The notes under the pieces are model-generated. The model was not told the origin of the DNA and did not search any database. It was given only the letters and a program-made list of their open reading frames with translations. The position numbers were made by a program, and so were the translations under genes. From NCBI GenBank assembly GCA_039680575.1, contig JBDKSP010000047.1, positions 1 to 53,950 on the forward strand: a DNA stretch of 53,950 bases, written 5' to 3'. The DNA is from Armatimonadota bacterium. Lineage in GTDB: Bacteria; Armatimonadota; UBA5829; DTLH01. Of this stretch, positions 48,727 through 53,950 are shown piece by piece (the stretch's first letter is position 1; every line of letters starts with the position of its first letter).

Positions 48727-50685
48727 TTAATACGCAAACGGGTCGTCCGGGTCCGGCTGAGAGAGAACATCGAGAGATGGACGGGTGGGAACCTGGTCAA
48801 CTTTTGCTTTTCTTCTTATGCAATTTCGGAAAAAGGACGTCGGATCGTCCGGCTGGCGCTGTATCGTCAGATTCATCGCACGGACAACTTCTTCGGGATC
48901 GCCATCTGCAAGAGCTATGACATCCCGAACGACGTTGCGCTGCATAGTGTTATCAAGCCTTGAGAGTTGGTTAAAAACCGCTTCGTCGAGCGGAACTTCT
49001 TCGCTTGGGGGGAACATCTTGATGCCATCCGGGCCGCGCAGGACATTCGGCCTCGGGAACTTAACGAATATCGGCTGAGAGAAGTGCGGATGCCGGAGCA
49101 TTAACTGACCTTTCGATAGAGTCGCAAGCTTTTCTTTGGTAGCTGCGGTCAAAACCTGATACCCAGGAGTCGCAAGCTCGTCCATGTCCATCCGCCCATA
49201 GATACACGTCGCACTGTTACCGACTATCCGCTTGTGGACTTGGCTCCTGAACTGCTGCGCGGAGAAAAGGACTAGCCCAAGATACCGGCCGCGCTCCGAT
49301 ATATCGAGAAGCGTCTGCTTTAGGTATGTATCCGGTCCATCGGAAGGTGCGTACTTGTTCAACTCGTCAACTACTACGACGACATGCTCGACTCCAAGCG
49401 TCTTTTTCTCAAGGTGCTCTCTTAACTGGCTGACAACGCGTGTAAAGACAAGGTCCTGCGCCTGCGGGTCGACATTTGCGACGTCTATTACATAAATCGT
49501 CCTGTCTGCAAACTCTCCCCAGGGAAGGTCGCAGGTCGCCTCATCCGGGCTTATCAGACCTTTGTAGCGCGTAACCAGGTTCGAGAGCCTGTTGTAGACT
49601 TTCCTGATTGTAGCGTAGTGGTGCGTCTGATACTCGGACTTGTCGCTCGATTCCATAAACCTCAGAACCATATCGAACCACTCGGTAAGCCCCTTGAAAT
49701 CACGTACAGTCAGCTTATTTCCGCCGACATCCGTCGTCTGGTCCACTACACGCTGGTTGATGTATTGGATGAGCGCATCGGCCTTGGCATCCACATCATC
49801 GCGGTTCAACACGACTTCCGTGAACTTCATGATCTCTTTCAAGCCCCAGGAGAGCGGGTGGACATTCGAAACCAGCTCAGGATTTGTGCGCAGAGTGTTA
49901 AGGTTTACCCTGTCAGACTTATACGGCGCATAGTAAACAACATTTTTGAACGGCTCAACGGGGATTCCGAGCAGGTTATACATTTCCCGGTCTCTGTCTG
50001 AAAGTGTTGGCACATTATTGGCGGTATATCTCTCCGCCAAGCTGTTATCAGGGGCAACTTCAGCTCCGTGATCCAGAAAAAGCATATCCGGTCCCTTAAC
50101 ATTGAAGCAGACAACGGCCACATCTTCTTTATAATGCGCGAATATGCTCGACAGAACGAACTCTATGGAACTCGTCTTTGTGGCAAGCCCCGAAACGCCC
50201 GTTAAGTTCAAGTGAGCCGCCTCCGGGCCAAGCAGAAACTCGGCATCCAGATAAACAGGAGAAAGAAACTCGCCGTTTTGATATAGTCCTATAGGAATGC
50301 CGGATGTTTCCTGGTATGAGTCCATCCTGAGGGCGCGGCTTACTGCTGAGTCATCGGCAAGGAATACCGGCCCGACAGGAACCGGCTGCAGCGGCTCTTC
50401 AGGTTCGACCCTGAGCACCGCTGCGGCATAGCACCTGACCTCAGGCCTGAGCGTTGCAGGCTCCGCCTCAGGATTGCCTTCCGCAGCGATAAAATCATGC
50501 AGCGCCGAAGCAAGGTCAGTAAACCCGAAGCCTTCTACTACGACCCCGTATATATTTTTATCTTCAATCTGAACGTGTACAAGAGTGCCTATTCCGACGG
50601 GCGAATCCATCGGCGTCCAGAAGTTGAAGCTGTACGCGGTGTTTGGCTTGTTCTCCGTAGCTATGACTCTGCCGATTTGCTGCAC
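48727..50685 (-). CDS. herA: HerA-like ATPase (HAS barrel + FtsK/HerA fold)
   Basis: N-terminal barrel, variant Walker A GVSGLATKTS, FNVKG, Walker B VVVVDELNKYAP, ERGR.LG..L..AQQ. Confidence 0.82.
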   Translation of the reverse strand: MQQIGRVIATENKPNTAYSFNFWTPMDSPVGIGTLVHVQIEDKNIYGVVVEGFGFTDLASALHDFIAAEGNPEAEPATLRPEVRCYAAAVLRVEPEEPLQPVPVGPVFLADDSAVSRALRMDSYQETSGIPIGLYQNGEFLSPVYLDAEFLLGPEAAHLNLTGVSGLATKTSSIEFVLSSIFAHYKEDVAVVCFNVKGPDMLFLDHGAEVAPDNSLAERYTANNVPTLSDRDREMYNLLGIPVEPFKNVVYYAPYKSDRVNLNTLRTNPELVSNVHPLSWGLKEIMKFTEVVLNRDDVDAKADALIQYINQRVVDQTTDVGGNKLTVRDFKGLTEWFDMVLRFMESSDKSEYQTHHYATIRKVYNRLSNLVTRYKGLISPDEATCDLPWGEFADRTIYVIDVANVDPQAQDLVFTRVVSQLREHLEKKTLGVEHVVVVVDELNKYAPSDGPDTYLKQTLLDISERGRYLGLVLFSAQQFRSQVHKRIVGNSATCIYGRMDMDELATPGYQVLTAATKEKLATLSKGQLMLRHPHFSQPIFVKFPRPNVLRGPDGIKMFPPSEEVPLDEAVFNQLSRLDNTMQRNVVRDVIALADGDPEEVVRAMNLTIQRQPDDPTSFFRNCIRRKAKVDQVPTRPSLDVLSQPDPDDPFAY

Positions 50686-50747
50686 TTCTCGTTTCTCCTT
50701 TATTATTGATGCTTGTTGACAAACACATCACCTTGGATAACCAGCAT

Positions 50748-50940
50748 GTCACCCTGAAACTCTCTCGGAAGATTTTCGGCTATAGCCGATAATCCATAGA
50801 TTCAGGGTCCATTCGTATGCTTCGGGATCGCTTTTCATCCCGAAGCACAAGTCTCCAATAATTTGATAAGCTTTCCTGGATGCTGAGTCAAGCTCAGCAT
50901 GACGTTGTGATCACAGGCTGGCAAGGAGACCGGCCACAAC
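50748..50940. repeat. Nested repeat mosaic between nurA and herA
   Basis: Inverted family B doublet with family E and F units inserted, plus GACCGGCCACAAC unit. Confidence 0.82.
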
Positions 50941-50945
50941 AAAAT

Positions 50946-51938
50946 TCATATCATCCCTGCCAGGGCGCTATCGATCATTGTTTTGCTGGGCGCTATGCTC
51001 TTGATGTACTGCTCGCAGTCGCGTATGGGATAGATCATCCTGTCCCACCGGCTGTCAGGCAGAGCAAGGGGCGACCGCTCCCGCATAAGCCACCCCGAAA
51101 TCTCATCTGCTATGGCGATTGTATTCTTACTCGCGGCGGCTTCCACCCTTACCAGGCCGAAGTATACATCCCTTCCCACATTGGAATGCAGCCTCAGATA
51201 CCAACTGTAAACAGGAACCCAGTCTCGCCCGCGCGGTTTAAAGACGCTCGATCGTTCCCCTACCCCGAGTGAAAGTATCTTTCTCTGGTCTTCAGCATTG
51301 AAATACTGCGTTTGATGGCTTTTTATGACTCCGACCACTCTCGGATGCTTCGCAGCGTCCATTCGCCCGGTAATCGAGCCGTCCCAGAGCAGCCATTCAT
51401 CGTCCGCTGAATTTTTCATCCACTCATCGGCAAGTTTCCGCTCCAATTCAGCACGGTCATTGCTCGCAGAACGTCTTGCGAGCTCCAAAAGCCTCAAAGG
51501 ATGCGTGTCACCATCGCCATCAATCTTGACATTTTTCGCTTCTATGCCGCTTTTCAGCATCTCCGCCGGGTCCAGATGGTCAAATGAAAAGTATAAGTTT
51601 TCAGAAAATGCTTGATAAGACGTAGACATCCGCCTGTCGGCGTTTCTTCGCCTTATTACGGCTCCCAAGTGAGCGTAAAGCAGTGGTACGGTGTGGTTAT
51701 GGAACCCGATACGCCGTGTGGCTTGAGCGCCGTCAAGAAAATGTGTAAAACGGGTGTTTTTCGTCTGCTGGATGGGATGAGCCAACATCCCGGTCCCTTC
51801 GGCTATCTCAGCCTGTTCGGCAACGACAGGTTCAGCGGATGGAAGCGCCCTATCCTCATCCACATCACTCTGGACAACCACCTGGAATGAGTTATCGGGC
51901 TGAGATTTAAGGTATTCGGCGAATTTATTAAGAAGCAC
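50946..51938 (-). CDS. nurA: NurA-like nuclease
   Basis: FLDG, LLWDGSI, VVGVIKS, WYLRL, C-terminal helix with E; directly upstream of HerA. Confidence 0.75.
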   Translation of the reverse strand: MLLNKFAEYLKSQPDNSFQVVVQSDVDEDRALPSAEPVVAEQAEIAEGTGMLAHPIQQTKNTRFTHFLDGAQATRRIGFHNHTVPLLYAHLGAVIRRRNADRRMSTSYQAFSENLYFSFDHLDPAEMLKSGIEAKNVKIDGDGDTHPLRLLELARRSASNDRAELERKLADEWMKNSADDEWLLWDGSITGRMDAAKHPRVVGVIKSHQTQYFNAEDQRKILSLGVGERSSVFKPRGRDWVPVYSWYLRLHSNVGRDVYFGLVRVEAAASKNTIAIADEISGWLMRERSPLALPDSRWDRMIYPIRDCEQYIKSIAPSKTMIDSALAGMI

Positions 51939-52108
51939 GTGGGACTCCAGCCTGCAAGCTTAGGTTGACTCAAATCTACCACGGCGGTCAGTCGATGTCA
52001 AGAAATTGGTGGAACTCAGGATGGCAGGCTGGTATAATTCTGTTAATATGAATAAATAATCCCCGGAGCATATGTATGCTTTGGATGGTGAATGGAGAGA
52101 TTTTGACA

Positions 52109-53203
52109 ATGCAAAAGGCCAAGATCGGGATCATCGGCTGCGGCAACATCAGCGGCATATATTTCCAAAACGGCAAGATCTTTGACATCCTTGACGTAGT
52201 GGGGTGCGCGGACCTCGACGTAGAGCGCGCTAAGGCAAAGGCCTGTGAGCACGGCTGCAAGGCGTACAGCGTGGACGAAATCCTCGCTGACCCAAGCATA
52301 GATATTATCCTGAACATAACAATACCAAAGGCACATGCCCAGGTTGCTTTCGCGGCGCTCGAGGCGGGTAAATCGGTCTATAATGAAAAGCCTCTTGCGA
52401 TTACGCGCGAAGACGGACGGAAGATGCTCGATTTGGCCAAATCCAAGGGTCTCAGAGTGGGCTGCGCTCCTGATACATTCCTTGGCGGAGGCATTCAGAC
52501 CTGCATCAAGCTCATAGAAGACGGCTGGATCGGCGACCCCATAGCCGCGACAGCTTTTGTGACCGGTCATGGTCCTGAAAGCTGGCATCCTGATCCTGAG
52601 TTCTTTTATAAGGCCGGCGGCGGCCCGATGTTCGATATGGGACCATATTACCTCACAGCTCTTATTACAATGATGGGACCTGTGCGAAGGGTCACCGGCT
52701 CAGCCAGGATCACTTTCTCCGAAAGGACAATCACCAGCCAGCCCAAGTTCGGTACGAAGGTAAAAGTCGATGTGCCGACTCATATCGCCGGCGTTTTGGA
52801 CTTTGCAAACGGCGCTGTCGGAACGATCATCACAAGCTTCGACGTGTGGGGAGCTAATCTGCCATGCATCGAAGTTTACGGGACTCAGGGATCTCTCAGT
52901 GTACCTGACCCTAACGGTTTCGGCGGACCTGTAAAGGTAAAGCGTGCGGACGCATCCGAATGGACCGAAGTGCCGCTGTCTCACTCCTACTCCGAAAACA
53001 GCCGCGGCATCGGGCTCGCTGATATGGCGTATGCTATCCGCTCAGGCAGGGCACACCGGGCAAACGGCGAACTGGCGTTTCATGTCCTCGATATAATGCA
53101 TTCCTTCCATGATGCGTCGAAGCAGGGAAAACATATCGAGCTTGAAGGCACATGCCAGCGTCCGCAGCCGCTGCCTATGGGTCCATTGACGGCTGATAGC
53201 TGA
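52109..53203 (+). CDS. Gfo/Idh/MocA family oxidoreductase
   Basis: [34 protein letters not shown] before ATG 52109. Confidence 0.92.
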   Translation: MQKAKIGIIGCGNISGIYFQNGKIFDILDVVGCADLDVERAKAKACEHGCKAYSVDEILADPSIDIILNITIPKAHAQVAFAALEAGKSVYNEKPLAITREDGRKMLDLAKSKGLRVGCAPDTFLGGGIQTCIKLIEDGWIGDPIAATAFVTGHGPESWHPDPEFFYKAGGGPMFDMGPYYLTALITMMGPVRRVTGSARITFSERTITSQPKFGTKVKVDVPTHIAGVLDFANGAVGTIITSFDVWGANLPCIEVYGTQGSLSVPDPNGFGGPVKVKRADASEWTEVPLSHSYSENSRGIGLADMAYAIRSGRAHRANGELAFHVLDIMHSFHDASKQGKHIELEGTCQRPQPLPMGPLTADS

Positions 53204-53364
53204 CGGCTGACAGAGGGAACAGATTTATGCTGCGGGAATGGCAGATTTAGGATAATTGTGCAATATGCACGAAATCAATTCCCGCAGCAACGGAAAATTG
53301 GCGGATGTCGTGCTTCTCCCCGTGGTCCAGTGGGTCCACGGGGTGGATGTCATCCCGAAGCATC
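53188..53364. repeat. Repeat mosaic (7-mer tract, families D, G and half F)
   Basis: TGACGGCTGATAGCTGACGGCTGAC; ATGCTGCGGGAAT..ATTCCCGCAGCA; family G; CATCCCGAAGCA. Confidence 0.78.
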
Positions 53365-53369
53365 AAAAA

Positions 53370-53777
53370 TCAATCATTATTGAAATAAGTATTGGTCACT
53401 TTATCATTATCATCAAAGCGAATTTGTAGCCCTCCTTGTTCTACTATCCAATTATATGAGTAATACCATTCCTTGATATAACCAATCCGTTTTCCACTTC
53501 TCTTGCTTAAGCGGCGTTTTATATCTGCCATTGACATGCCTTTGCTTATACCTAATCTTGTTACTAGCAAATCATCGACTAGTAAGACAACACTGTCACC
53601 ATTGGAATTACCATACCAAAACGACACCCGTTTTGAAGAAGGACTCCCTTCATAAAGCCATACCTCATAATGATGAACACTACTTGGTGATCCTAGTAAA
53701 CGTCCGACTTGCTGCGTCGTCATTCCAGGATTGATATTATGGAATTTGGCATTACGGCTAATCATCATGCTAAACAA
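53370..53777 (-). CDS. Hypothetical AT-rich protein with SmpA/BamE-like segments
   Basis: I.PGMT..QV..LLGSP..W.Y and I.KGMS..DI...L...EWYY..L.I.FD....V; start uncertain. Confidence 0.55.
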   Translation of the reverse strand: MFSMMISRNAKFHNINPGMTTQQVGRLLGSPSSVHHYEVWLYEGSPSSKRVSFWYGNSNGDSVVLLVDDLLVTRLGISKGMSMADIKRRLSKRSGKRIGYIKEWYYSYNWIVEQGGLQIRFDDNDKVTNTYFNND

Positions 53778-53950
53778 GATAAATATCCCTAGTAAACAGG
53801 CAGCACTAATAACAAAGCTAGTTATATTGAGTTTTGCATATTAACTTGACGAGCATTCTTGTTTATCAAAGAGTCCAGAAGCTCTTAGAAACCCTTGTAT
53901 TATGGTTTGTTTGCCTGCCAATCTATCGACTGCTAATTCTATCTTGTGGG

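Overview
About 54 kb of bacterial chromosome. The mix of a porin, sepF/yggT, scpAB, CIRCE-controlled groESL and secretin-N-like secreted proteins suggests Armatimonadota or a relative (inference only). The core genes are yggS-sepF-proC-yggT, a GH95 sugar locus, groESL, lysA-M50-trpS-scpA-scpB-dac-rluB, porin-pstSCAB-phoU with Pho-box-like repeats, a four-tRNA operon, a PrsA/SurA-like foldase and a NurA/HerA pair. The intergenic spaces are crowded with several palindromic REP-like families, some nested in one another. Highlights: (1) two different internally deleted REP-associated tyrosine transposase (RAYT) elements; a sister copy of one has its transposase body replaced by a 2-kb cargo gene that is a paralog of the adjacent gene, suggesting REP/RAYT-end-mediated gene capture; (2) a probable unannotated secreted selenoprotein (in-frame TGA in G-U-GGVC with a SECIS-like hairpin); (3) several small-RNA candidates, including a sigma54-driven RNA with an anti-SD/anti-AUG segment; (4) a solitary PD-(D/E)xK+EVE candidate modification-dependent nuclease. 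All family assignments come from motif recognition by eye; no searches were run.
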